From Vermamoeba vermiformis (taxonomy: Eukaryota), in assembly GCA_045837725.1 (NCBI GenBank), contig JBEWZL010000095.1, positions 62,001 through 126,000 of the forward strand: a DNA stretch of 64,000 bases. Direction: 5' to 3'. Below, in pieces: positions 12,376-25,255 of the stretch (position 1 is its first letter; each line of letters begins with the position of its first letter). Position numbers and translations under genes: made by a program. A model generated the notes under the pieces. The model ran no database searches, was not told the DNA's origin, and was given only the letters and a program-made list of their open reading frames with translations.

Positions 12376-13193
12376 TTACATTAATATACAACGTCTGTCG
12401 TTAGTCTTCTGAACTGGTGCTCGAGCTGGTGCTCGTGGAGGCAACTCAGCTGAGATCTGCTTCCAATTGGCTTCAACACTTCTAGCGAGCATATTAACAG
12501 CCTCTTCAACATTAATATTATTTTTAGAACTCGTTTCTATATAAGGAATGCCCAAATGATCTGCGAGTTCTTTCGCTTCTTCGTACGAGATCGCCCTCTT
12601 TTCCGCTTCGTCTATTTTCGTGGCTACTAATATCCTTTGTACATGTTCAATACAGAACCTATTGCTATCATCGAAATAGCGCTTGATTGATTCAAACGAA
12701 GTGCGATCTGTAACGTCGAACATGAAAAATATGCCATGAGCTCCTCGATAATAGGATGAAGTTATTTGTCGAAATCTGACATCAATATAGAATTAATATA
12801 ACGAATACAACAGCTTTCAATCGCGTACCGTTCCCTGCCAGCTGCATCCCAAATCTGCAGTTTGACTGTTTTGCTTGATTCAGCTGATTGAATTGTCTTA
12901 ATTTTCTAAAATACGAAAATTAATTTACAAGAGATTTGGCGCTATTTTAAATAACAAAGATAGCCTATTTTATTTGAAAAGTAGAAGATCTACTTACGAA
13001 ATCAACGCCGATAGTCGAAATGTACGAGTCTGTGTACATATTTTCAGTGTAGCGTAGTAAAAAGCAGCTTCTTCCGGAGCCTACATCACCGGCAAGCAAA
13101 AACTAATAATTGGGTGTGAGATCTGAAGCGTCCATCTAACGGTAAGCTTACCTTAAATAGATAGTCGTAGTCGCTGGTAGTGGTAGTAGTCAT
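12376..13193 (-). CDS. Rab-family small GTPase (Rab1/Rab8-like), CaaX end CILM, degenerate G motifs
   Basis: Spliced sequence: [18 protein letters not shown] ... YISTIGVDF ... [10 protein letters not shown] ... YYRGAHG ... ATKID ... YIETSSK. Intron positions are the same as in the neighbouring Rab. Confidence 0.9.
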
Positions 13194-13425
13194 GGTGTTG
13201 TTGCTATTGTTTATTCGAACAAAGACTGCAGAGCGGCCATTTTGATTTTTATTCAATGACTTTTATTTGAAATGCGATTGTCTTGCTCGTCTATTTTAAA
13301 TCTACAGCGAGAAAAAAAGCAGAATAACTAGTAGGAATAAAGCATCCCTATAATTAAAGTCGGGGTCGTTTGCCGTGGAAAATGAAATTTTTTTGGTGTC
13401 CAGTATTCAGACTCGAACACATAGG

Positions 13426-15795
13426 ATGCAACCACAGTGGTACAAATTCGTCCTAATATTAGTTGTTATATGCACTGGTCTCGTTGCCGCTCAGCAGTTC
13501 CCTTCAGATGAGCAAAACAGCGACACGTTAACCACAAATTATGGAGCAGCTGTATCAAATAATAGAGATTCATTGACTGTTGGTGAACGAGGACCCACTT
13601 TATTGGAGGTAAAGCTTGTTGGAGCGGATCTGATCAGACAATTATTTTCCGAATTTTTTAGTAATTATTCGTTAAAATATTCGACCGGATATTTAAAATG
13701 AATTGTTCAATTATACAATTATTCATTGCATTAAGAGCTACCGATAATATGAGATCTGGAAAAAAAAGATTACTTTCAAAGTTGCTTTCTTCTCAATAAC
13801 ATGATCAATAATATCTTTCATATTTTAGTTAGCGCATCATTTTGTTCTATTATTTATAATGCCATAATTTTCTGGAAGCTTTTCCTATTCCTTGATTTCA
13901 CACAAGAAAGTCAACACAAAAAAGATGACACGTGTCAAACAAATTGAAGCACGTGGTACTGATGCGATGCATTACAGGACTATTGGCTGCTCGAAAAGCT
14001 TGCAAACTTTGATCGAGAACGCATTCCAGAACGAGTGGTGCATGCTGTTGGTGCTGCTGCGAGGGGTAAGTAGCCATGTGTGTAGTGCCCTGGTGACTGA
14101 CCTTGGTGTTCAGGCGTGTTCCGTGTGACAGCAGATGTGAGTGCGTGGACAATGGCCAAAGTGTTTCAACCAAACACTGAGACGTGAGTGAAAAAACACA
14201 TCACTAAAAGCGACTAGTGCACACGTCACTAACAACTGTGATTTGTTCCAACAGACCAGTTCTCGTGCGATTCTCAACAGTGATTCATCCAGCAGGCAGT
14301 CCTGAAACACTTCGTGATCCTCGAGGCTTTGCAGTCAAATTGTGAGTTATTTTGTTGTTGTTGTTTTGTCACTTGTTTTTGTTCGACACATGCAGCAGTA
14401 CTAAATGCAAGTCAATTCATTGCACAGCTACACAACAGACGGCAACTACGATCTTGTCGGCAACAATCTTCCAGTGTTCTTCATTCGCGATGGACTCAAG
14501 TTCCCTGACATGGTTCATGCCTTCAAGCCCAATCCCGTACGTTTTGAATTTCCTGTGAATAATCGCACTGTTGTGACTAACACTGCCGCATAGTTGAACA
14601 ACCAACAAGAGTGGTGGCGCATTTGGGACTTCTTCTCGTATCATCCTGAATGCATGCACATGTTCACGTGGTTGTTGGATGATGTTGGTATTCCTCGTGA
14701 TTATCGTCACATGGATGGCTTTGGTGTGCACACTTTCACTTGGATCAATCGCAACAACAAGAACGTGCTCGTCAAGTACCACTGGACCACACAGCAAGGT
14801 GAGTCAATACCATTCATTAAAAGCAGCGTGTTTATGACACTTATGACAGGTGTCCAATCGTTGTGGAACGAGACTGAGATCAAAGAAATTGCTTATGCCA
14901 ATCACAAGCACGCCACGAAGGATTTGTACGACTCAATCGCTGCTGGAGATTTCCCCAAGTGGAAGTTGTCCGTGCAAATTATGGACCCTAGCATCGCCGA
15001 CACTGTAAGTATACAGTAGACCCGTTCGAAGGTGTTCTAACTGAGTTCATTCAGCTGCCATTTGACCCACTTGATCCCACCAAGACATGGCCCGAGACAG
15101 ACTTCCCATTGCGCGAAGTCGGTGAAATGACACTGAATCAGAACGTTGACAACTTCTTCAACGAGAACGAACAAGCAGCATTCTCACCATCGATGATTGT
15201 TCCAGGCATTTAGTGAGTCAAAAACACATCATCAACGATGCTATGACACGTGTCACTAACAAACACTCTTTTGATTTGCACAGCTACTCAGACGACAAGC
15301 TGCTTCAAGCACGACTGTTCTCGTATCCAGACACACAGAGGTATCGTCTTGGAGGCAACTACTTGATGCTGCCAGTGAATGCACCGCGCAACAGTCACTT
15401 CAACAACATGCACAACGGCGAGATGAACTTCATGCACCGCTCCTCTGAAGTCAATTACTGGCCCAGCTCTAACACTCAAGTCTCTGTCGCCACGCCGTAC
15501 GTACCACTCACTGGTCTTAAGTACTTTAATTGATATCTCCTTCCGCAGCGAGTTCCGCCGACCTGGCATGTTGCAAGGCAAGGCTGAGCGCAGAACAATT
15601 TCGCGCGAGATGAACTTCGATCAAGCAGGTGAGCGCTACCGTTCGTTTGACGCTGAGCGCCGCGATCGATTCAACGGGCGTTTGTTGGGCAGTTTGCGCG
15701 ATCCAAAGCTGACTCCGGCCATCGTGAATAAGATTGTCGAGTATTGGACCAATGTTGATAGTGACTTGGGCAACTTTTTGAGAAATAACCTCTAA
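13426..15795 (+). CDS. cat: Monofunctional heme catalase with N-terminal signal peptide (10 exons)
   Basis: Motifs [44 protein letters not shown] and [17 protein letters not shown]-terminus [22 protein letters not shown] looks like a signal peptide. Confidence 0.95.
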
Positions 15796-15976
15796 TCATA
15801 TGTGAGGTCTATTGTAGATATTCGTAGATATTCTAATTGGTATTAAAATTAGTTTTTTATTCAAATTCGTAATTTACAAGTTGCAATCAGTACATTAAAA
15901 AGCTTCTTGCGCGAGGCTTAACTCGTTCAAGAGCAATATATTAACAATTAATAAGGGATATTGCAGCATCATTATG

Positions 15977-16930
15977 TTACATCAACAACGAGGAACGTTC
16001 TTTTCGTTGTTGAGCGCGGCGGATGAAGTCTTCAACGACCTCAGAGGCCATGAATTCATCGTATGAAATAGCACTGGCATCAACACTATATATCGCTATT
16101 AGACACAATACTAAAGGCTTTAATTTACTTGAGCCGTACCTGTGGATGTAGTCGCAGACGCTGTTGCCAAATCGTTCGGTAATGCCGTCGTGTTTGGCAG
16201 CCAAATATTGGAAGAGTTGCCAGAATGTCGAGCAATCAATTCTCTTATCTTCGTTCTCGAATAGGGTAAAAATCAAGCGAATGCAATCGAGCGCATCCTG
16301 CAAAAGCCGTTCTCGTTAGCTCTAGTATATAATACCATAATAGAAATCATACCGAGTTAACAAGAGTAGTAGCAACGACAATAAGCTGTTCGATAGTCAA
16401 ATCTTCGTTATCACACAAACTAAAAGAAAAACTCGATCAGATCTGGCTTTCATAGAGGCATTTTCGAATACTGACTTGAATATAGTCTCGACATTACTAG
16501 CGCTCATGCCAATACTGTAGCAGATATCTTTAATTTGTTCTTTACCGCTCAGCGCGCCAACTTTGATCAGCTTTTAAATTTGAAAAATTAATTCGTTTCT
16601 TTGCAAACGACTATTGAATATATATTACCTCACTGTATAATCTCTTTAATGTAAATGCATCTAATTGCTGTTCTTCTCGATCTGCTTCGATTTTTGTTTC
16701 TGATTCGGTAATTATTTCCTCGTTTGAGGCTGCAACAACAGCAGGTTGATTTCGTGCCAGTTCAGCAAAATATCTATATGTCGTTAATATGCTATAACTG
16801 CAAGAATATTTGCCTACCTTTGAGCGAACTCGTAAATGTTTTCTTGATCAACATTGAATGTGGTCAAAACTGCCTTTGAAAAGTTCTTCAAAATTGCTGG
16901 TAATTCAGCCGGTATTTTAACACTCGCCAT
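15977..16930 (-). CDS. RIIa-type dimerization/docking-domain protein (ropporin/RSP11-like)
   Basis: N-terminus MASVKIPAELPAILKNFSKAVL...IYEFAQ|RYFAELA matches the RIIa D/D pattern; multi-exon; no cyclic nucleotide-binding domain seen. Confidence 0.65.
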
Positions 16931-17285
16931 TGTGCTTGATTAAACGCTGTTAATGTTGAAGAAAAGGTTCAGACATTAACGGTCAATTTAAAAAAATTTG
17001 GCGCGGTTTTTAGCGGGAACGCGATTTGACATTTTATTGGCCTTATTATGCATCAATATTTACAACAATACACTCTCATATTTTTTTGTATGAAAACAAG
17101 CGTTAACAGTAGAGTAGGAGGAAATAAACCACCGGTGAATCCGTCAGTTGAACAAGTCTCCGCATCTAATCAGTCGTACACGAATATTCGCTTTCGGAGC
17201 TTGTATTCGTTATACTGATGGTGCATTCGTCGTCACTGTCGTCACTGCGGTACTTTGACGGTATGAATGTTCGTGTCATTGGCGA

Positions 17286-17891
17286 TCAAGCGAGATTTTG
17301 TTGCCCAAGCAGCCTACTAAAGTCAATTTGAGCCTCGCAAAATTCCATAAAGCGACTGTAGAAATTTGCTGGGCTGTCCCCGTCGTCGGCAGGATTAGAT
17401 CCGTCAAAAAACAAAGCGTCGCTTAGCACAGTGTCAGAGCTTCCAAACGAGACGAAGATCGGAAAAGCGCCCTTTGGAAGGAAATTCTCGTACATTTTTC
17501 GAAAAGAAGCAGCTGAGCGATTGTCTTCACCATCAGTAAAGATGATGACAACTCGAATCTCGTTTTCCATTTTTTCGATGAGGATCTTTTCATTATGCCA
17601 AACATTGTAGATGGCTGTATTCTTTCCACTGGTCTTTTTTGGGGCTTCGTAATCCTGGAGCACCATCTCATAGCTCTCCTTTCTTGCGGCACTCAGGCTG
17701 AATGTAAAATACTCCCACTCCCAATCTTGCGCAGGAAAAATCTTCAAAGCCACATCATGCGCCATCTTCGCGAGTTGTTTCCTCGGGATACCAAAGCCAA
17801 AGATCTTCCTGCCTCTGTTCATCGAGTTGGAAGTGTCGAAGAAGGCGCGAACAACTTTGCGATAGCCAACTGGAGCAGACATCATCATCAT
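17286..17891 (-). CDS. Single-exon von Willebrand factor A (vWA) domain protein
   Basis: MIDAS elements DTSNSM, NTAIY and VVIIFTDGEDN. Confidence 0.75.
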   Translation of the reverse strand: MMMMSAPVGYRKVVRAFFDTSNSMNRGRKIFGFGIPRKQLAKMAHDVALKIFPAQDWEWEYFTFSLSAARKESYEMVLQDYEAPKKTSGKNTAIYNVWHNEKILIEKMENEIRVVIIFTDGEDNRSAASFRKMYENFLPKGAFPIFVSFGSSDTVLSDALFFDGSNPADDGDSPANFYSRFMEFCEAQIDFSRLLGQQNLA

Positions 17892-18025
17892 TTACCTCGT
17901 CGTGGTGGTGTGTTGAAAATGAATTTGAAATTGAATTTGAATCATGTTTCTTAACCGCAATCCACGGTATCGAATTTTAAGGGAAATCCAAACAGGCCAG
18001 AAATAGATCTATGAACAGTTGACCT

Positions 18026-19917
18026 TTAATTAACGAGCTTTCTTACATTCACATCGTACATTCGCTTTCGTTTCCGTTCCATGAAGCTCAACACAATGCC
18101 CTGCACAACAGCAATGGTAGCCACGTTAGCAGCGATGATGAAAGTCCATCGGTAACACTCGTGACCGTAGCACTGGTGATTAGGGTCGTTGGGAGGCGCG
18201 TGCATGTCGTAGATCCGACCCGCAATGACGCTCATTAGCGCTGAGCTTATCGCCTATTAGTTTCAACATATAAGTATGAACGTTAGTTTGTTCTTGTCCG
18301 TAAGTGAATGCTTACACCTAGGGTCGCAATACCAAAATTCGAGGCGTGATATTTATCTCCGAAATAGGCATTGAGCACGAGATTATACCCTGGCCACAGC
18401 GCTAAATACTACTGTTAGTACCACGTGATCGCGGCGAGGTGTTGTTCTTTACCTCCATATGAGATTGCCATCAATATTGTGCTGACCAAGAGCACGACAA
18501 AGTGGTTGAAAAAGGCAAGAGCAGCGAATGCCACGCACATAATACTAGAGGGCACAATGATAGCCACTCCGAGCGGCATTTTCTTCGCGCTGTTAATGAG
18601 AAGACCGGTCAGTGCAAGTCAGGGATTGACACGTGTCACACTGAATACTTGCATCAAATCAACGGTGGTGCCCATCAACAATCGACCGCCAAACGAGCCA
18701 AATGAAACTATTGTGACGAGTGGACTAGTGCTGATTTCAGTGATCTGCCACGCCTTGTGCACTGAACCCACGAGCTCAATGTACATCATGGCTACCTGAA
18801 CGCGTTGTTAGTGACACGCTGTTTGACTTCATAGGACACGTACACCTGTGCTGCACGCAACAGCTACGAACACGCAATAGAACTGCGGTGTTTTGAGCAG
18901 CTGCAGTCCTCCGACAGTGCCAAACAGACCCACGCGTTCATTCGATGTAGCGACCCTTTTGGAACCATTCTCTGCCTCATTGATTAACGGCTGTAGCACA
19001 TAGTCCTCTTCAAGCTTGACCTATATAATGTTTTTAATATGCCGCTTGGTTGTGTTGCGTACATGAGTAACAAAAATAGCACCAAGTATGGCGGAGCAAG
19101 CGGTGCCAATTGCCATGGCAACGAAATACCCATTTAAATTAGCCGTGCCATCCTCTGCTACAAAGAAGTGGCTATAAAGTGGGGTGATAATCGCGGCACT
19201 GATGCCAATTCCACCAAAAATCATTCCGCTCACCTAATTTTAAAGTCGGTTAACCTCATCTACCTTTCAGTACATTAGCTTACTTTACCGCGATGCCTCG
19301 TTGGCCAATTTTTAGTATTTGTAACGATTGTGCTAATCGAACATGAAACAGCGCCAAAACCTGCATTCTATCAGCAATCGAATGATATTATTTAGATCGG
19401 AGATTTTACCAATCAAAAACCAGTACAATGCAACTAGATATGCGCTGCGCAATGCTTCATTTGCTAGAGTTAGTGCGATCATGAACTGACCGCCTTTGAA
19501 GGTATTAGCATGATTTTAATATAACCGCTACAAAAAGATCTGTTTTCGTACCGAATAGCAACACAGCCCCGATCATGAATGTAGGCCGCGGACCAAAGCG
19601 ATCAAAAATAAATCCCACTGGAATAGCGCCGATAACACTAATTGTTCGAATTAAGCAGATCTGTACGCGAATTTTCCTCCGAAAACTTACGATCCGATTG
19701 TTCCTGCAATGCCAACTGTGTTCACCTCAGTCTCCGTATAATTTAATTGCTTTTTAAATGCAACCGAGTATGCTGGAAAGGTGTAATGTACCCCTGCAGT
19801 ACAAAATATTAAGAATTATTCAGGATCGATTAAATAAATTAGATACGTACCCAAACAGAGTGCAACAATCAAACCCACTACAAAAGAGGCCACACGACGC
19901 CAAGAGAACAAGATCAT
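18026..19917 (-). CDS. MFS transporter, Nodulin-like/Mch1 family (multi-exon)
   Basis: Spliced MILFSWRRVASFVVGLIVALCLGVHYTFPAYSVAFKKQLNYTETEVNTVG, then FDRFGPR, NWPTRHRG and C-terminal AGRIYD...CYGHECYRWTF. Many hydrophobic segments. Confidence 0.85.
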
Positions 19918-20035
19918 TGCTCATGCGTTGTGTTATTAGATACCGGATCTGGTGCTGAAAAAGGAGGTTTCGTTTTCCAAAAATTTATGAACCAAAAATA
20001 GCTAACAATAAGAGTGCATAATACTCAAATACTTA

Positions 20036-22605
20036 TCACAGATCGTTCTTCGTCGTGTCGTACAACAATCTCTCGCGATTGGCATTGTGAGATTTAGCAA
20101 TGATGTTGCGGTGCACAATGTTCATGGCCACGCTGATGACGAGTGCCACGGACACGAGCACCAAGAACACTGTCAGCAACGCCACTGCGACTGATTGGTC
20201 GGCCTTCTCGTCCACTTGCGGTGCTTGGACTGGTGCGTTCGTGGCGGGTTCATTGGCTGGTGTGGGCGTGATGGTCGGTCGCAGCGTGCGCACAACTTCA
20301 CCGAGATCAGTGTGCACAGCACGCCAGTACGTCATCAACTTGTTGCGAATGTTGTCTGAGATTCTGTTGTCGCTGAATGCTTCGACAAGACGCATTTGGA
20401 AGCGGTACTTGCGATCGGTGTCAAAGCTGTTGTACCGCTCAGTGGCTTGAATGAAGTTCTCTTCGCGGTCAATTGTAACACGCTGAGCGGTCGTGTTGAA
20501 AGTACCAAAACGAGTCGGGAAACTAAGGTGCAATTAGAATGAGAGGGAATATAACAGTACTGTATTATTGAACTTACGGAGCAGCTTCGGCCACAGGTTG
20601 AATGCGACTAGGATGGTAGTTCACGGGCGAGGTACGCTTCATAAAGTTCATTCGGCCGTTGTGCATGTTGTTGAAGTGACTGTTGCGCGGTGCATTCACT
20701 GGCAGCATCAAGTAGTTGCCTCCAAGACGATACCTCTGTGTGTCTGGATACGAGAACAGTCGTGCTTGAAGCAGCTTGTCGTCTGAGTAGCTGTGCAAAT
20801 CAAAAAGAGTGTTTGTTAGTGACACGTGTCATAGGATATGACGTGTTTTTGACTCACTAAATGCCTGGAACAATCATCGATGGTGAGAATGCCGCTTGTT
20901 CATTCTCATTGAAGAAGTTGTCAACGTTCTGATTCAGTGTCATTTCACCGACTTCGCGCAATGGGAAGTCTGTCTCGGGCCATGTCTTGGTGGGGTCAAG
21001 TGGGTCAAATGAGAGCTAAAGTAACAGATTAACAATAAGCGCAGTCTTATTTGAAGGTACCTTACTCTATCAGAAATGGCAGGGTCCATGATCTGAACGA
21101 ACAACTTCCACTTGGGGAACTGACCGGCAGCGATTGAGTCGTACAAATCCTGCGTGGCGTGCTTGTGATTTTTAATGGCACGAACTTGCTCGTCGTTAAT
21201 CAAAGACTCGACACCTGTCACAATGTCAGACCGAGTTGCATGAGTATCTGACTTTAAAAGCCTGACCTTGTTGCGAGACCCAATGGTACTTGACGAGCAC
21301 ATTCTGGCTGTTACGATTGATCCAAGTGTAAGTGTGCACACCAAAGCCATCCATGTGACGATAATCACGAGGAATACCAACATCATCCAACAACCACGTG
21401 AACATGTGCATGCATTCAGGATGATACGAGAAGAAGTCCCAAATGCGCCACCACTCTTGCTGGTTGTTTCTCTGAGAATGAATTAGACGGAGTTCATGTC
21501 GGTGTATGTTAGGCTTACAGGATTGGGCTTGAAAGCATGAACCATGTCAGGGAACTTGAGTCCATCACGAATGAAGAACACTGGAAGATTGTTGCCGACA
21601 AGATCGTAGTTGCCGTCTGTTGTGTAGCTGTGCAATGAATGGACTTGCATTTAGTACTGCTGCATGTGTCGAACAAAAACAAGTGACAAAACAACAACAA
21701 CAAATAACTCACAATTTGACTGCAAAGCCTCGAGGATCACGAAGTGTTTCAGGACTGCCTGCTGGATGAATCACTGTTGAGAATCGCACGAGAACTGGTC
21801 TGTTGGAACAAAATCACAGTTGTTAGTGAGGTGTGCACTCATAGCTTAGTGATCTGTTTTTTCCACTCACGTCTCAGTGTTTGGTTGAAACACTTTGGCC
21901 ATTGTCCACGCACTCACATCTGCTGTCACACGGAACACACCTGTGACAAACATCATCAGATATAATGCTATTTATCTTCAGTTAACTTACCTTTAGCAGC
22001 AGCGCCGACAGCATGCACCACTCGTTCTGGAATGCGTTCTCGATCAAAGTTCGCAAGTTTTTCGAGCAGCCAGTAGTCCTGTAATGCATCGCATCAGTAC
22101 CACGTGCTTCAATTTGTTTGACACGTGTCATCTTTTTTGTGTTGACTTTCTTGTGTGAAATCAAGGAAAAGGAAAAGCTTCAAGAGAATCCGTAATATCC
22201 TGCATATTGTATAAAATAGAGAGATACTAATAGCAACCGTTCTAATTAAAAAACACCTTATGGAAAAGTGTCGAGATCTGAAACAGATCAAAAAATACCT
22301 GTCTCTCAACATAATGTTACACGGTAGTTCATAATTTAATCTTCACTCCATTAATGAGCGTTGCGAAATTATTCCCAAATATTCGGAAAATATTCCAGAT
22401 CGTTAATATATTTTACCTCCAATAAAGTTGGTCCTCGTGGGCCTACTGTCATAGACTCGCGGTTATTTGTTACAGCTGCACCATAATTTGTGGTCAAGGT
22501 ATCGCTGTTCTTGTCCTCAGATGGCCAGCTGAATGTGGGCTGAGCACGATAAAAAGCAACAAAGAAACAAATATATACAATGAGTATCTTGACAACTCTA
22601 TTCAT
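20036..22605 (-). CDS. cat: Monofunctional heme catalase with signal peptide and C-terminal Pro/Thr stalk plus transmembrane helix
   Basis: Same catalase motifs and intron positions as 13426-15795. N-terminus [22 protein letters not shown]-terminus [16 protein letters not shown] followed by [26 protein letters not shown] and a short tail. Confidence 0.93.
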
Positions 22606-22803
22606 TGTTGCTTCATTCACTTGGATAAACGGAAACTGCGGAGCAGAAATTTTGATGTTGATTTCACGTCCCCTGGCAAAAACACGTGTCTGGATCAGCT
22701 TGTGAAACAAAAACAATTTGAGGTGAGTTACAATATATTATTAACAAGTGTTCGTGTACAGATTCAACCAGTCACACATCTCCAAGAAGTATGACGAGTG
22801 GAT

Positions 22804-25124
22804 CTAAGCAATCAAATCGGTGTACGCTTCAATCATGTGCTGCACCATGACGGTGTAGTTCTGAACGTAGATTGGATTTTGAGCGCGCAACATGTTGGGT
22901 GTCATAACAATAGCCAAGGCCTTGGCGCTCATCTTGGTCGTTTCCAGTTGCGCTGCAGCTGCGTGCAGTAAGCGGAGCACGTGAAGTAGCAGCACACGGT
23001 GGGATTGTGGCAGTTGTTGTATCAACTCCTTATAACGTGCTAGCTTTGCTGCGTCATCAGCGATACCTAGAACGAGATGTAAATACACGTGCAGGGATAA
23101 ACTCAGTAACTTACGCTTGGTAGAGTTCCACTCTTGCAACAATTTGTGAGTGAAAAGCGGATCCGGCAGCTCTTGTAAATAGAGTTTCAGAAGGTTGATC
23201 GCGTCGTTAATATTATCAACAGAGCTCCAATCAAAATCCATTCCGCGATCAATTGTCATTCTCAGCTGCGCGAGGCTAACATTTGAGCTCGGAATTCTGA
23301 ACAAGCCCTCGGGCAAGTCTGCACAAAGGATCAGCTAAATTGTCGTGCGACCGATGAGTTATGATCTTACTTGTATAACGAGCATCAATATAATCGAGTA
23401 GCTGTTCAACGAATATCGGCAATGTCTTGCCATCACGTTTGGCCAAGGTCTCCAAGTCAGCACCAAAGACACGAGGAGCTAGCAGTGACGGTCAATAACA
23501 ATTACACCATAATAAGGTCGCACTTACATCCAATGGCCATGCAGTAGTCCGTGGCACAGCACAACTGCGTGAACAAATATCCCGACAAGTTAGTGACACG
23601 TGTCGGCTCAAATTTGATTTCAGTGCTCTCAATCGCTGACGTCTCTTCGCTGTCACCCGACATGAGCGTGAAGTTGAAGCCCAAGCGACCTCCTTCGTAC
23701 TTGCCCCAAGTCCACACGAATCCGAATTCTGTCCAGACGTTAGTTGATGCAACAAGTGTGCTTTGTATTAAAATTACCGTCAATGGCCGCAACGTGCTGA
23801 GGACCAGCAGCAATATCTTTAATAATGAACTCCTTGTCGTTGTGGATAAATTTAATTTTCGTGGCAAACTCAAACTTGGCGATCTTGGGACCCAAGCCAA
23901 TCATGCCTCGCTGATTGCTGCCCCAGCCATGCACTTTGCCCTGCTCTGTAATATCATTAGCTTGAGAATAAGAAACATATTGACGGACGTACCAGTGAGA
24001 ATAAGCACGTGGCTTTCATCGCATATCAGCTTGGCAATCTTGCCGTCAGGATCCTCGTCGATTCTAAACAGCTGTTCTTTGTACGTCTTGCCGTCGATAA
24101 ACTTGCCCCACACGAGCATAATATTGTCTAGTATAATTAGTACTCGATGCGAAGTGTAGCGTTGTGCACATACCATGAGCCACAATCGTGTAGTTAGGTC
24201 CGCAGCCGACGACTTGGACGAATGACAAGTGATTTGTGTCACTGCTGTTGAGGTGTTTCTTGAAGTGCAACGGCTTCGCTACAATTGTAAATCGATCTTT
24301 GTCGTCTTTGTGGCCGAGTTGTTTGTTCTCGTTCAGACCAAGTGTGAACACGACGTAATTCTTTTGATCGTCGTGCATATCTACTTGAGCAACAAATGCG
24401 CAGTGCCCAAGGCCAAGTGCGACGTGTAAGATTTCAATGGGTGCTATCATCTTGTTGTTGTCCAAAAAGAAGTGGATCTCGCGAGGCTCGAGGTACTCCA
24501 TCTTAGCGATAGCTGTGCTCAATGTTCCCCATAACCACACGCGGCCTAATATCATGTCAGCAATGAATTGATTTGAAATTTTCTCGTTACCATTTCGCGT
24601 GATGCAGCCTTGTGTCGGTCCACAATAAATTTTAGCGCTGAATTCGTGGTTGTTAATGTTGTCGTTGTTCCAATGATTAGAGTCACCCCAAGGGCTATTG
24701 ATTTTAGTGGGAACGAGCATTGACTTGGTAGTACCGTTGCCCAATTGTCCTAATCATTCAATCGATTAAGTAATGAAACTAGTGTGGATCTACAAATGTT
24801 TCATTTTTCGAACGATTATTCGTTGCAGAAATTATTGTGAGATTTCAATTGATTGTTCGACCAATAGAAATGTCTGTGCGTACCAAAGTTATTTCTACCC
24901 CATGTATATATCTCATCGTTATCTGTGTTGAAAATTGTTAATAAAGAAATCAATTAAATAAGTTAATTTGTACCTGTCAGAACGACTTTGAAATCAGATC
25001 CGCAAGCAATCTGCTTGACATTTAAATGTGCATTCTTGAGTTCTTCTGGCTCGTGGAAATCTTTGCCGTGGCCCCACATGTACACGCTAGGTTTTCGGAA
25101 AACAGGTGCATCTGCCTCTGTCAT
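22804..25124 (-). CDS. RCC1-repeat + RhoGAP protein
   Basis: RCC1-like motifs VYMWG, QIACGSDF, GQLGNG, VALGLGH and VWTWG..GRLG. RhoGAP motifs RVFGADL, EGLFRIPS, LLKLYLQELPDPL and KMSAKALAIVMTPNML. Confidence 0.85.
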
Positions 25125-25255
25125 TGTAAAAATCAGAATAACAATTTTAATGGTGTTTATGATTAATATAAAATAGGTTTTGAACAAAGGCGATGAAAGA
25201 AAATGCTAACAAATTTTTAAAAAATTAATTAACTCTAGGCGGGAAAATCTACGAT

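Larger units (their letters stand above)
13875..22181. repeat. Inverted segmental duplication (catalase paralogs) with near-identical tracts
   Basis: Approximate tracts: 13875-14062 vs 21998-22181, 14116-14535 vs 21520-21939, 14600-14798 vs 21266-21465, and 15060-15435 vs 20642-21011 are near-identical in reverse complement, including some intron sequence. Confidence 0.9.

Noticed and set aside
15784-15795. Catalase C-terminal NNL as a PTS1 (and KNDL in the paralog as an ER-retention signal)
   Set aside because: NNL is non-canonical and conflicts with the signal peptide. KNDL would lie on the cytosolic side of the TM helix.
17166-17288. Open frame continuing 39 codons past the vWA TGA stop (readthrough or selenocysteine)
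   Set aside because: It is short, no SECIS or readthrough context was recognised, and chance explains it.
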